DNA of 50,658 bases, taken from positions 1 to 50,658 of the IMG/VR virus record IMGVR_UViG_3300025834_000001. One strand, written 5' to 3'. Shown piece by piece: positions 1 to 9,228 of the stretch. The stretch is from a virus (Duplodnaviria; Caudoviricetes). Within the stretch, counting starts at the first letter, position 1, and each line of letters begins with the position of its first letter. Below the pieces are notes generated by a model that saw only the letters and a program-made list of their open reading frames with translations, was not told the DNA's origin and searched no databases. The position numbers were made by a program, and so were the translations under genes.

Positions 1-127
1 TAATGCATGGATGTAGTATTGTGCTTCTATATCGGTTTCGATGGTAACATCCTTACCCATCTTATTGTAAATACCGTAGATTAACTTGGATGGATCTGCA
101 GGTAACTCCATGGTTATCCACTCCAGA
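1..127. repeat. Terminal direct repeat, identical to 50532-50658 (circular assembly overlap)
   Basis: The first 127 nt match the last 127 nt exactly, and the terminase reading frame continues across the join. Non-redundant length is 50,531 bp. Confidence 0.95.
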
Positions 128-1545
128 GCATTAATCCCATGGTTGTCTTTATCCTCGGGCTTATTACTCCAACCCGAACTTTCTAAGGTACCTGCCTTAA
201 ACTTATACTTTCGGATTTCCCCGATAAGCCCCTCACAACAATCCATTATTTCAAGGTACCCTGCCTCTATATAGGTATTAAGTCTGAATACCCTGGCGTC
301 AATATTAATGGCCCCGGGTATAAAGCTGATTCCATAATCTAAAAAGTGATCTGCTAAAGTCTTTTTATCGTAGTCTCGCTTCGGAGCTGATTTTGGGTCT
401 ATGATTGGTGGACAAACCATCCCCCCGAACGGTATGTCTTTTGTTTCCTCGTGGAAGATCTTGGCGAGCTGCTCCACACTTTTGTTATTAGTACGAACTT
501 CTTTGTACATAACTACCTTCTTGTTCGCCTCGTCTATCGCACTGAACAGGAATACGCTATCATCACTTAATCCATAATCGTAGGAGATGATTCTTTTCCA
601 ACTTCTTGGGATTTCTCTACGGGGTACGATGCAGGTTTGGGCGTTAGGATAAACCAAGCCTTCAGCATAATTAAAACTACCATAAACAAAACGTCTGACC
701 CACCACGCAGGTTTATTTTTCGTAATGGTATCAATGAAATTCTTCGGTAAGAACTCATTGGCCTCTGTGCTTGTGACATGCGTGGATATTGCCACGTCTT
801 TTTCCTTATCCATGATGATATAGTCATCCAGTATCCTCCCGTGCTTATGTATTTCGTCTGAATATAATAGAACTTCTTCCCGTATCCAACCGCTGTCCGG
901 ATTGGATTCTACGATTCCTGTACGCCAATCTGCCTGTAATACTGGGATATGAACCCCGTTTTTAGCGACTGTGAACATAGGCACTCCGTTAGAGTCTAAC
1001 TTTGGCACTGTAGCTGAAAGGTTTCGCAATCTAGTCTTCAACTGCTCAAAGGCCGCCGGCTTTACCTCGGATGCTTCCAGGATAATAAACATATCAATAT
1101 TATAAGATCGTAGTTTGTTTACATCATCGAATGGTCTAAACATAACCCTATGCCCGTTCTGGAAATCTATGTACTGTTTCTGATTACTTATATATTTAAC
1201 GAACGAGCCTGGAAGATCTGCCTCAATGTCCCGTTTTATAGTCATCTCGTACTGGCTTGTTACATTAGCCCCTATGACCGTATTCCCCCCAGGTGAGATA
1301 AACATATGCTTATAAAACTGCTGTCTGCTCGTGAGGGTTTTCCCAGACCCATACCCCCCAAAGTTACCCTTGATAAGATGGGGGTCTGTATGAAAACTCT
1401 CCTGGTGTGCTTGTGGTTTATAACTGTTGTAAAAACTATTACACTTATTATTGGAGCACTCATACCAGAACTCGCTGTCGCCCCCGTTAATAGCAATAGC
1501 TTTGTTCATAAAATGCCCACACCTAGGACAAACTGGTTTAGTCAT
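1..1545 (-). CDS. terL: Terminase large subunit, 5' part (continues across the junction into 50531..50451; about 541 aa in total)
   Basis: Absent from the ORF track because it runs off the end. Read by hand from ATG 1545: MTKPVCPRCGH...KGNFGGYGSGKT (Walker A), FIILEASE (Walker B-like), ESNP coupling motif, a YDYG-type nuclease motif and a C-terminal DKDNHGINALEW. It lies upstream of the portal gene. Confidence 0.88.
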   Translation of the reverse strand, partial: MTKPVCPRCGHFMNKAIAINGGDSEFWYECSNNKCNSFYNSYKPQAHQESFHTDPHLIKGNFGGYGSGKTLTSRQQFYKHMFISPGGNTVIGANVTSQYEMTIKRDIEADLPGSFVKYISNQKQYIDFQNGHRVMFRPFDDVNKLRSYNIDMFIILEASEVKPAAFEQLKTRLRNLSATVPKLDSNGVPMFTVAKNGVHIPVLQADWRTGIVESNPDSGWIREEVLLYSDEIHKHGRILDDYIIMDKEKDVAISTHVTSTEANEFLPKNFIDTITKNKPAWWVRRFVYGSFNYAEGLVYPNAQTCIVPRREIPRSWKRIISYDYGLSDDSVFLFSAIDEANKKVVMYKEVRTNNKSVEQLAKIFHEETKDIPFGGMVCPPIIDPKSAPKRDYDKKTLADHFLDYGISFIPGAINIDARVFRLNTYIEAGYLEIMDCCEGLIGEIRKYKFKAGTLESSGWSNKPEDKDNHGINALEWITMELPADPSKLIYGIYNKMGKDVTIETDIEAQYYIHAL

Positions 1546-2014
1546 CTATCTTCTTTTTCGCTGTCTTCTTGGTCACGGGTTTAGCTGCCTCATTATGAAC
1601 TTGGGCGGCTCTAGCTTTGGCTACCTGTGCAAGACTAACTGGTGCCTTATGATCTTTCGGTTTCGCTGCTTCTAGCCTAGCTTGCTTCGCAAACTCGGCT
1701 TCAATAATTTCATTCTCAGCCTTCAGTATGGCCGCCTCAGTTAATCCTGTGGAAAACTTGTGGGCAGGTTCTGGGTCAAGCTGGTCGAGCAAAGAAGCTG
1801 CCGCAACATTGAAAAGGTTATAGATATCATCCCTCACAACCTTCTGATCTTCTTCGGTTGGGGCTGCGTCTACTGTTGCGTGCATAGCACTGGCAATGGC
1901 AGAAAGTTGAATCTGGAGAAAATCTGGGAAAGGGATTGGTGGCATAACGGACATCTGGATCTTTCCGTCTTCCGACATGTGCGTGACTATCTTGATATTT
2001 TTAACATTCATCAT
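1538..2014 (-). CDS. Hypothetical protein immediately upstream of terL (possible small terminase position)
   Basis: An AAGGAGG RBS precedes ATG 2014, and the stop overlaps the terL start. Lys-rich C-terminus. Function is inferred from position only. Confidence 0.6.
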   Translation of the reverse strand: MMNVKNIKIVTHMSEDGKIQMSVMPPIPFPDFLQIQLSAIASAMHATVDAAPTEEDQKVVRDDIYNLFNVAAASLLDQLDPEPAHKFSTGLTEAAILKAENEIIEAEFAKQARLEAAKPKDHKAPVSLAQVAKARAAQVHNEAAKPVTKKTAKKKIDD

Positions 2015-2051
2015 AATCCTCCTTAAGAATTGAGCGTTATTTACTACCATA

Positions 2052-2080
2052 ATTATACATTGTATTGGATATGAATGCAA
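2052..2080 (-). promoter_or_regulatory. SigmaA/sigma70-type promoter for the packaging operon
   Basis: TTGCAT-N17-TATAAT on the minus strand, with TG just before the -10, about 40 nt upstream of ATG 2014. Confidence 0.7.
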
Positions 2081-2323
2081 TAGTTTGACGGGGGGTCAAT
2101 AATAAAGGGGGGGGTAAAATAAAAGCAAAAGTCAAAATAATATATAAGATTACTAATAGAAGGTTACACCAAAAAGAAGAATATTATATATGTGTATATA
2201 GAGTAAAGCCCAAATATGAAATTTTAAACCCCACCCCCATCGTAAAGTAAACAAGTGTACTATATCTTATTATATGTATCAGTTCGATTGCTGTCCCAAT
2301 CATAGAAAGAAAGAGGTAATACA

Positions 2324-2557
2324 ATGCTAAATGTAACACTACACTACACACCAGAAGAAAGATTCACATCATGGCAGTACACATTCAGAGAAGAAGACAA
2401 CTCATTACCAGACACAGAAGAACTACTAGAACTACACATGCTAGACTTATCAGTTATAGAAGCAGACTACAAGCATGACATGCAGCTATACCAAGAAGAC
2501 CTACACTCATACGACTCAGCCTTTATCAACCTATCTAAGTTAATAAGAAACATATAG
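2324..2557 (+). CDS. Hypothetical acidic early protein
   Basis: 77-aa ORF with an AGAGGT RBS; first gene of the + strand arm. Confidence 0.7.
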   Translation: MLNVTLHYTPEERFTSWQYTFREEDNSLPDTEELLELHMLDLSVIEADYKHDMQLYQEDLHSYDSAFINLSKLIRNI

Positions 2558-2570
2558 AAAGGAGCACATC

Positions 2571-2663
2571 ATGACAGAGTTAATACTTACTTACACAGTT
2601 AATGCAATCGTACTACTACCAATGTTATACGTTATAGTATGGATAATCAAAGGAGGCAACTAA
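2571..2663 (+). CDS. Small hydrophobic hypothetical protein (30 aa)
   Basis: Read by hand: MTELILTYTVNAIVLLPMLYVIVWIIKGGN. GAAAGGAG RBS; the stop overlaps the next ATG. Confidence 0.6.
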   Translation: MTELILTYTVNAIVLLPMLYVIVWIIKGGN

Positions 2664-2800
2664 TGTACTACATTACGTTTATCAACAGTAAGAATGTAAG
2701 GTTTACAAAGCACTATGAGTATGTAGCCTACATCAAAGCACTCAACAAGTACAGGCATAGTATCAGAATCGTTATTGTTTCACATGGAAAGGAGAATTAG
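2663..2800 (+). CDS. Small hypothetical protein (45 aa)
   Basis: Read by hand: MYYITFINSKNVRF...HGKEN. AAGGAGG RBS; TAATG coupling with the previous gene. Confidence 0.6.
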   Translation: MYYITFINSKNVRFTKHYEYVAYIKALNKYRHSIRIVIVSHGKEN

Positions 2801-2801
2801 C

Positions 2802-4037
2802 ATGTTACAAATCGCTAGAGTTTACTGGAAGACACCAGCAGACTATCAGAACACAGAGGTTAAGATTGACATCAACAGTGAGAACTTTACAGATCTAGTT
2901 TATCAAGCAGCTAGACTCAACCCAAGACGTATATCCATTACAGACATTGAGGAAATACCAGAAGACTATCTACAACTGTTAGGATTACAAAACAGGGAGT
3001 ACGACATCAAATTAAATGGCACAACTATTCCATCAATGAACATACCTACAGCTTACTTCAAGTTTGTAGACCTAGACTATAACAGAATACCCAATGGACT
3101 AGGAGATATATTCATAGATAAGGACAGCACTTGCAAAGAAGTATTGCTCAAGTACAAAGGTAAGAAGATACCTACAGAGTTATTCCCAAAAGTAATGGAA
3201 GCATTCAAGCTATACACTGACAAAGCCAATGCTAAGGTCAAAGAGCTCAATCAAATCAAAGAATGGAGACTAATAGAAGACTTCTATGTACAAGCCATGT
3301 ATATAGGACACAAATCAAAGCCAACATTCAAGGTATTCAGTCCAAGTGCCAAGACATTCCTAGAAGAAAAGTTCTATTCTGAGTACATGGAAGACATATC
3401 CGACTTAGAGCAGCCATTAGTAGAGCCATTAGAGACAATTCAGCTAGAAATGCGAACTTACGACCTCAATGTACCAGACATCAGAGTAATAAGAGACTCA
3501 AAACCCGTATGGAAAAACAAATATGTCAAGGTAACGTACGAAGATACCTGCCTAGACAACTATGTAGCCTTCAAACCAACCAAATCAGAACCACCTAAGT
3601 TCCAAGGATTCACGAAACCACTAGAAACTGTAGTATACTGGCCAGATAAAGACACACTACTCAAGAAATACTACAACGATACCAAGGAATTAAACATCCC
3701 AAACAGCATTAGAGAAGAATTAGTGACAACAATGATACAACCTAACTGGTGGTACAACATTAATCATCTCTATACACAATGGTTAAACTCTCAAGATGAA
3801 ACGATTCAGACAGAATTCTACCCATTAGATAGTGAGATATGTCCAGTCTGCCAAACAAGGTACAACATCTACCAAGGATGCTTAGATCAGCTTACAGAAG
3901 AATATCATGTAGAACCTATAATGGAACTACCAGATAATATTGCTGATACATCTAATGATTACTACGATCAATTTGGTGACGAATGCTTCTGCAAAAGAGT
4001 TGAGGCATATCTAGAGAATCTACACAGAAATAAATAA
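2802..4037 (+). CDS. Hypothetical protein with a C-terminal Cys cluster (CPVC...C)
   Basis: Long ORF; the GAAAGGAG RBS favours ATG 2802 over the track start at 2775. Confidence 0.8.
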   Translation: MLQIARVYWKTPADYQNTEVKIDINSENFTDLVYQAARLNPRRISITDIEEIPEDYLQLLGLQNREYDIKLNGTTIPSMNIPTAYFKFVDLDYNRIPNGLGDIFIDKDSTCKEVLLKYKGKKIPTELFPKVMEAFKLYTDKANAKVKELNQIKEWRLIEDFYVQAMYIGHKSKPTFKVFSPSAKTFLEEKFYSEYMEDISDLEQPLVEPLETIQLEMRTYDLNVPDIRVIRDSKPVWKNKYVKVTYEDTCLDNYVAFKPTKSEPPKFQGFTKPLETVVYWPDKDTLLKKYYNDTKELNIPNSIREELVTTMIQPNWWYNINHLYTQWLNSQDETIQTEFYPLDSEICPVCQTRYNIYQGCLDQLTEEYHVEPIMELPDNIADTSNDYYDQFGDECFCKRVEAYLENLHRNK

Positions 4038-4048
4038 CAGTTAATTGT

Positions 4049-4076
4049 TAGGGCACTTTCAAACGAGAGTGTCCTA
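4049..4076 (+). other. 12-bp stem-loop flanked by AGTTAATTGT direct repeats (terminator or processing site)
   Basis: TAGGGCACTTTC-AAAC-GAGAGTGTCCTA, including G-U pairs. AGTTAATTGT occurs at 4039 and 4080. No U-tract follows. Confidence 0.5.
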
Positions 4077-4139
4077 TAGAGTTAATTGTCGCAGTCTATC
4101 CTCCCAATAAGATAAGATAAGGGTCAGCCTTCAAGTTTT

Positions 4140-4860
4140 CAGAATAGTTTGTATTGTTTATAATATTACAATATTATATATAATATATAATATATATATA
4201 TATATATATCTATATATATAACTATATAAAAATGTATAAAAATACACAAAAAAAACCTCAAAAACCTATAAACGAAATTTAAAAAAGCAAATTTATACCA
4301 CTAACTGTGACATTTTAAGGTAATGACCTACCTCAATTGACATATATTTCTTATTTTGCAACAAACAGTGGTACATTTGATACTTTTTAAAAATAGAAAT
4401 AAATTCAGCGTCACTTTTCTATTTATATTTATGCATAAAAATGTATAGCCTTATTTACACCACTAAATAACCCTATCCAATATCACCAAAACACGAACGA
4501 TTATGCCCAAAACCAGTTTATCGTTCGGAACTACACGAACAATAGACCCTTAAGGAAAACCTCTCCGACAGTAGTAAAAAACACGAACATTCATTTTATG
4601 CATAAAAAAGTATTAACATAATCTGTGTTATATTCAAACTCGACCAAAACATCTATACCACTCCCCCCTCACGTCTCAAACCCCTTCCAATTACTATCTT
4701 CCCAGCCTATACGTATAAAGGGTATGACTTTGTTCTTGTTTTAGTACAAGATTTCATTCAATATCATTACGTTACTGATTATGAATTAAAAAAAAGTAGA
4801 GATTTTCAGTTGTGAATTTTAATAAGTAATATTAATAATAATATTGCTTACACCAACCTT
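4140..4860. other. AT-rich non-coding region with a (TA)n tract, short direct repeats and palindromes; candidate replication origin
   Basis: (TA)n run at about 4159-4228; ACACGAAC at 4491, 4533 and 4581; palindrome TTTATGCATAAA at 4428 and 4595; no ORFs. Confidence 0.45.
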
Positions 4861-4896
4861 TTAACATAAGACCCATTGATGGGCAGAGAGGCTACC

Positions 4897-5358
4897 ATGT
4901 CACTAAGAAACAACGCTCCATTACTTCCAGCATTAGCAGAAGGCTCCCATGACGCTACACTATCCGCTTTCACTTATTTCCCAGCTACTGAAACTGCATC
5001 CGATGGCTATGCACTTCAGATTAAACTATCCGATAGAATCATTACTGAAAGGAAATTTGATCAGAGTTTCACTATCTCAATTAGCCACCTTCGTAAACAG
5101 CTGGGTGACGACAGCATCATCGCTCCTAAATTGGATAAAGACGGCAACTTGGTTAGCACATCATCCGAGTTATTTCTGAAGAACCTAATGGACAAAGCCA
5201 CTCCATTTAAAATCTACGTTGAGACTGTAGAAGTTACTCGTAGAAATGGCAATGTCTCAAATCAAAGAAACATCAACTTCCTTCCACCGTTAACCAAAGC
5301 CAAATCGGCTGAGTTGGTTATCACTAATCTAGATGATGGTGAAATCGTAGTTGATTAA
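4897..5358 (+). CDS. Hypothetical protein
   Basis: Open frame followed by a clear intrinsic terminator; start codon uncertain (4876, 4879 or 4897). Confidence 0.75.
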   Translation: MSLRNNAPLLPALAEGSHDATLSAFTYFPATETASDGYALQIKLSDRIITERKFDQSFTISISHLRKQLGDDSIIAPKLDKDGNLVSTSSELFLKNLMDKATPFKIYVETVEVTRRNGNVSNQRNINFLPPLTKAKSAELVITNLDDGEIVVD

Positions 5359-5362
5359 CCCT

Positions 5363-5386
5363 AAAGGGCCTTCGGGCTCTTTTTTT
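5363..5386 (+). terminator. Rho-independent terminator
   Basis: AAAGGGCC-TTCG-GGCTCTTT followed by a T-tract. Confidence 0.85.
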
Positions 5387-5487
5387 ATGCCGGTCAAGTT
5401 AATAGTTCCATTTACATTAAAAAAGTAGTAATATAAGTGGTATATCCGTGGAATGGATAGATATATAATTGAATAGGAGGTTTGGAT

Positions 5488-5931
5488 ATGCGAGACGCTA
5501 AAGGAATGATGTTTAGCCAGATTGGGCACTGTGATGTAATTTGTATAACTACTAATGGATTTGTCAAAGCAAACGGACAGGCTGTAATGGGCAGAGGTTG
5601 TGCTTTAACCTATAGTAAAATGTATCCCGGGGCTACTAAAATCCTGGCTAATAAGATACAGAGGAATGGTAACCATGTTTCTAAATTGGGCACTGATAAA
5701 GGCACTGAATTCTGGTCATTTCCTGTTAAACATAATTGGTGGGAAAATGCTGACTTAGAGCTAATCGAACGATCTGCCAGAGAATTAGTAATATTCGCTA
5801 ATGATGATCCTACTTGGACTAAAATCCTAATCCCTAGACCGGGTTGTGGTAATGGACACCTTGACTATGCTGTTGTTAGACCTATTCTAGCCCCTATATT
5901 AGACGATAGATTTTTAATTGTTACATTTTAA
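5488..5931 (+). CDS. Macrodomain (ADP-ribose binding/hydrolase-like) protein
   Basis: ITTNGFVKANGQAVMGRGCA, FPVKHNW and PRPGCGNGHL match the phage macrodomain pattern (MGxGxA, FPxK, GCGxGxL). AGGAGG RBS. Confidence 0.8.
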   Translation: MRDAKGMMFSQIGHCDVICITTNGFVKANGQAVMGRGCALTYSKMYPGATKILANKIQRNGNHVSKLGTDKGTEFWSFPVKHNWWENADLELIERSARELVIFANDDPTWTKILIPRPGCGNGHLDYAVVRPILAPILDDRFLIVTF

Positions 5932-5950
5932 TAGAAAGGAATTGAATAAT

Positions 5951-6166
5951 ATGAAGAAAGCATTATTGAAACTGCTGGAACAAGAGCAACTTTGCATTAG
6001 TAACTTAGACGCAGACAAACGCCTTAGAGATCTGGATCACAAATACCTTACTTCTAATAATATGCAAGCAAAATTCAGTGAGACTGCTCGATTAGAAAAG
6101 GAAGTATTCCAAGCCCAGCTTCAAATCAAGAGATATTTTAAAGAGCTATTATTCGAAGGTGATTAA
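5951..6166 (+). CDS. Hypothetical protein
   Basis: ORF in the tightly packed early cluster; GAAAGGA RBS. Confidence 0.65.
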   Translation: MKKALLKLLEQEQLCISNLDADKRLRDLDHKYLTSNNMQAKFSETARLEKEVFQAQLQIKRYFKELLFEGD

Positions 6167-6167
6167 T

Positions 6168-6488
6168 ATGGCAAGTTGCTCAAAACACTGTAAACATTAT
6201 CTTTGTGCTTACTGTGGTAAATTCAATGAATCTTTATGTATATCTCAAAATATAATGCACCCGGGCTTGATATTTCATCCAATGCTACCATTATGGCATT
6301 TTGATAAATACACCGATAGTGCACTCATGAATATGGCATACCAAACTGACCCTTGTAATCAACCTATGATGTATGTTGAAATCTATAATGACATTATTAA
6401 ATTCTGGCTGAAACATGGAAAAATCAGTAAAAAACAACGTGATTGCATTTGTAGAACCCTCGTTAACTCTTGTTTTGAAAGTAGGTAA
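6168..6488 (+). CDS. Cys-rich hypothetical protein
   Basis: N-terminal CSKHCKHYLCAYC; operon packing. Confidence 0.65.
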   Translation: MASCSKHCKHYLCAYCGKFNESLCISQNIMHPGLIFHPMLPLWHFDKYTDSALMNMAYQTDPCNQPMMYVEIYNDIIKFWLKHGKISKKQRDCICRTLVNSCFESR

Positions 6489-6493
6489 TTAAT

Positions 6494-6664
6494 ATGAAAA
6501 CACCACCATTAGGTATAATGCCTAAATTTATCTGGGAAACAAAACGATATAATGCTCTCAACGCAGCTATTGCTCGATACCACAACGCCCAATTAGTAAT
6601 ACCTGTAGAATGGGTAACCGAACGTAATGAACTGCTTTTAAAATTAAAGGAGGAATACAAATGA
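6494..6664 (+). CDS. Small hypothetical phage protein (56 aa)
   Basis: Read by hand: MKTPPLGIMPKFIWETKRY...IPVEWVTERNELL. Fills the gap, and its stop overlaps the next ATG. Confidence 0.7.
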   Translation: MKTPPLGIMPKFIWETKRYNALNAAIARYHNAQLVIPVEWVTERNELLLKLKEEYK

Positions 6665-7056
6665 AAGAACAGATTACAGAAGCAATCAAAGAATACACTG
6701 AATTAGGCTTAACTGCCAGAGCAGCAGAACTCCAGAAATTATCAGATCAAATCCCTTTTGTAGTTAAACTAGATACCTCTGAAGTATGGGCAGACTTTTA
6801 TCTTAGTATTTTCAAACCGGAAAAATACCCCCATAGAAATTACACAGAAAGCCCAGAGACTATCAAAGAACTAAATGAAATTAAAATCATGGTTGTAGAT
6901 GCTTGTATGCGTATGGCCCCTATGGGTGGGTTTGGTCTAATGTACCTTATAGAAGGTGATGGTGTCTATGGTGGAGGTGTCTTCAGCGGTAACTTTAGTC
7001 ATTCACCTGTAAATATAAACTTTAGTAACTTATTTAATACGGAGGTAACCAAATGA
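6661..7056 (+). CDS. Hypothetical protein
   Basis: AAGGAGG RBS; ATGA overlap. Confidence 0.75.
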   Translation: MKEQITEAIKEYTELGLTARAAELQKLSDQIPFVVKLDTSEVWADFYLSIFKPEKYPHRNYTESPETIKELNEIKIMVVDACMRMAPMGGFGLMYLIEGDGVYGGGVFSGNFSHSPVNINFSNLFNTEVTK

Positions 7057-7268
7057 TAACAGAAACAGGCGGGAGCTTACTATTTATAATTGTACTTTAT
7101 TTATTCGTAAGTTATGGAATCACAATAGTTTTATTTAAGGGGAATACATACTATGCAGAAGTGACACTCAAAGAATACTTATTAACTGCACTGGTTATCG
7201 TACCAATTATTATAATAGGCATAGTCATTATATTAATTGGATTAAGCCAGTTAGCTAACCTATTTTAA
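7053..7268 (+). CDS. Small membrane protein (two predicted TM segments)
   Basis: GGAGGT RBS; two hydrophobic stretches. Confidence 0.7.
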   Translation: MITETGGSLLFIIVLYLFVSYGITIVLFKGNTYYAEVTLKEYLLTALVIVPIIIIGIVIILIGLSQLANLF

Positions 7269-7280
7269 GGAGGAAATCAA

Positions 7281-7559
7281 ATGAATGACAATCTAGGATT
7301 AAAAAAGTATACCCTAGTCCAATCTTTAAAGAAATCTGGTAAAGTTACTAATTGTATGGACGCTCTGGGTAAAGCTATGCTAATCATGTGGGCACTCAAG
7401 AATACACCTCAGAATAAACAATGCATTATATTTGAGGCAGAAACTGGACTAATTACAGCTCGATTCCATGGTAATAAATCTGGTTTTCCAACTGTAGAAA
7501 AAGACATTGAACATTTAGAGCTTTATGCTGAACTGGTTGAAAAGAAAGGAGTGCATTAA
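7281..7559 (+). CDS. Hypothetical protein
   Basis: AAGGAGG RBS. Confidence 0.75.
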   Translation: MNDNLGLKKYTLVQSLKKSGKVTNCMDALGKAMLIMWALKNTPQNKQCIIFEAETGLITARFHGNKSGFPTVEKDIEHLELYAELVEKKGVH

Positions 7560-7780
7560 TGGTGTCATTTATTTTAATAGGAACTATCATTGCCTTACTT
7601 TTAATTCTTCTGATTGAGTACCTCGCCAGACCTAAAGAAATAGACATCCTTAACATGGATGAAGCTATGGAGTATTGCATGAAACACCAGTGTAACTATT
7701 GTAAGTACGAAACATATTGTGAAGATTGCAGATTGTACCACTGTAGTATATTTGCAAACTGGAAAGGAAACAGAAAATGA
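7559..7780 (+). CDS. Membrane-anchored Cys-rich hypothetical protein
   Basis: N-terminal TM segment followed by several Cys residues; AAGGAG RBS. Confidence 0.65.
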   Translation: MVSFILIGTIIALLLILLIEYLARPKEIDILNMDEAMEYCMKHQCNYCKYETYCEDCRLYHCSIFANWKGNRK

Positions 7781-7881
7781 GTGACATATTCAAAGACGCA
7801 TTAATATGTGCTGCAGGCAGTGCTATAACAGCATTTTGCTTATCTTTTATCATCATCTTAGTAATAGGTTTAGTACGATGA
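7777..7881 (+). CDS. Small hydrophobic protein (34 aa)
   Basis: Read by hand: MSDIFKDALICAAGSAITAFCLSFIIILVIGLVR. ATGA overlaps at both ends. Confidence 0.55.
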   Translation: MSDIFKDALICAAGSAITAFCLSFIIILVIGLVR

Positions 7882-8687
7882 ACGAAAAAGCTGCCCAAAG
7901 CGTATATAATCTAATCAAAGAATTAGAAAAAACTGAACCTAAACCCTACTATAGTGCCGAAAGAACATTAGCCGACAGAAACCAACGCATTAAAGAAAAC
8001 GAACTTGCAGATTGGACAAAAAGACACCCCAATACTACCCGATTAGACCCCGGCTTATTCCCAGAAGGCACTATTAATATGTTAAGAACTTTACCCGATG
8101 ATCAAGTAGACGCTGTACAATTTAATTATGCTGCTTACGTTAGAGGTGAGTTTGCAGACCCTGTACAACCAGAACAAGTTTATACTGCGACTGAACTAGC
8201 TGAACGACAACACAGACTAATGATAGACGGGCAAAACCGACCAAGACCTTTTGAACCTTGGCGAGATAGTATAATTCCTTCGGAACATGAAAAAGAAATG
8301 CGGAACTATGTCAAACAAAAGGAAAAAGAGCTGTTCGATCGGTATATAAAACAACTTGCTGACGGGGAACAATTAACTAAATTAGAGCAAGACTATATTA
8401 TAAATTATACTCGAATGAAACCTAAAGAAACTGGAACTGTAAATGTAGAAGAAGACTATTCCTGGTGGAGAGACCAAGAGGGAGAATACCATGAAATTGC
8501 TAAAATGCAAACTCATTATTTACAAAATGTGTATGTGTTTATCTTAAGACGTAATGGCAATCCAGAATGGCAATCTTATCTCCCAGTAATAAAGAGAGAA
8601 TTAATTAAACGACACGCAGAATCTAGAGTACCCTATGATACCACACAACGGGGGATGTTATGTAGAAAGGATCAATTGGTGAAATAA
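7878..8687 (+). CDS. Hypothetical protein
   Basis: Long ORF; likely start is MNEKAAQ at 7878 by translational coupling. Confidence 0.75.
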   Translation: MNEKAAQSVYNLIKELEKTEPKPYYSAERTLADRNQRIKENELADWTKRHPNTTRLDPGLFPEGTINMLRTLPDDQVDAVQFNYAAYVRGEFADPVQPEQVYTATELAERQHRLMIDGQNRPRPFEPWRDSIIPSEHEKEMRNYVKQKEKELFDRYIKQLADGEQLTKLEQDYIINYTRMKPKETGTVNVEEDYSWWRDQEGEYHEIAKMQTHYLQNVYVFILRRNGNPEWQSYLPVIKRELIKRHAESRVPYDTTQRGMLCRKDQLVK

Positions 8688-8689
8688 TT

Positions 8690-8881
8690 ATGAACGATTT
8701 AGAAGATGTACAGATCATCAGAATAACAGATTGTTTTGGCTTAGAGATTGATAAAGAAAAGTGGGGGGTTACCCTACCTATAAATTCCCTCAAAGATATT
8801 GTAGGTATCCAGCCCAGCCTTACCCATGAATCAATTATCATTCACTGTAAAGGAAAGATTATAGAGGCAATGCCACTATGA
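8690..8881 (+). CDS. Hypothetical protein
   Basis: Operon packing with an ATGA overlap. Confidence 0.6.
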   Translation: MNDLEDVQIIRITDCFGLEIDKEKWGVTLPINSLKDIVGIQPSLTHESIIIHCKGKIIEAMPL

Positions 8882-9195
8882 TAAAGACCTGTCAACTCTG
8901 TGATAAAGAATTTAATGCTAAAACCAAACGAGAAAAATACTGCCCTGTACCCTGTCGAAAACAAGCCGCACTTAAAAAACAAAAAGACTGGGCTAGGGAA
9001 CATGCTACAAAAATTAAAGGTTATGTACCAGCATATCGCTTTGCTAAACCGGAGAACGAAGAAATCAATATTATACCACCTAGAAAGCCCTCAACTTTAG
9101 ATGCCAAAATGAATTTAGCTGCAGCACAAGGTATGACTTATGCTGAAATGCAAAAACAAGAAACACTTAACAGAGCTGGCAAAATACAAATATAG
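8878..9195 (+). CDS. Zinc-finger-containing hypothetical protein
   Basis: CQLC...YCPVPC followed by a basic helix. Confidence 0.7.
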   Translation: MIKTCQLCDKEFNAKTKREKYCPVPCRKQAALKKQKDWAREHATKIKGYVPAYRFAKPENEEINIIPPRKPSTLDAKMNLAAAQGMTYAEMQKQETLNRAGKIQI

Positions 9196-9228
9196 TTTTA
9201 TATAGTTTAAAGAAAGAGAGGAATTAAA

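Noticed and set aside
86-1675. Short track ORFs at 86-274, 567-827, 1272-1496, 1306-1584 and 1451-1675
   Set aside because: They are shadow or out-of-frame ORFs overlapping the real terL frame (1545..1) and its upstream gene.
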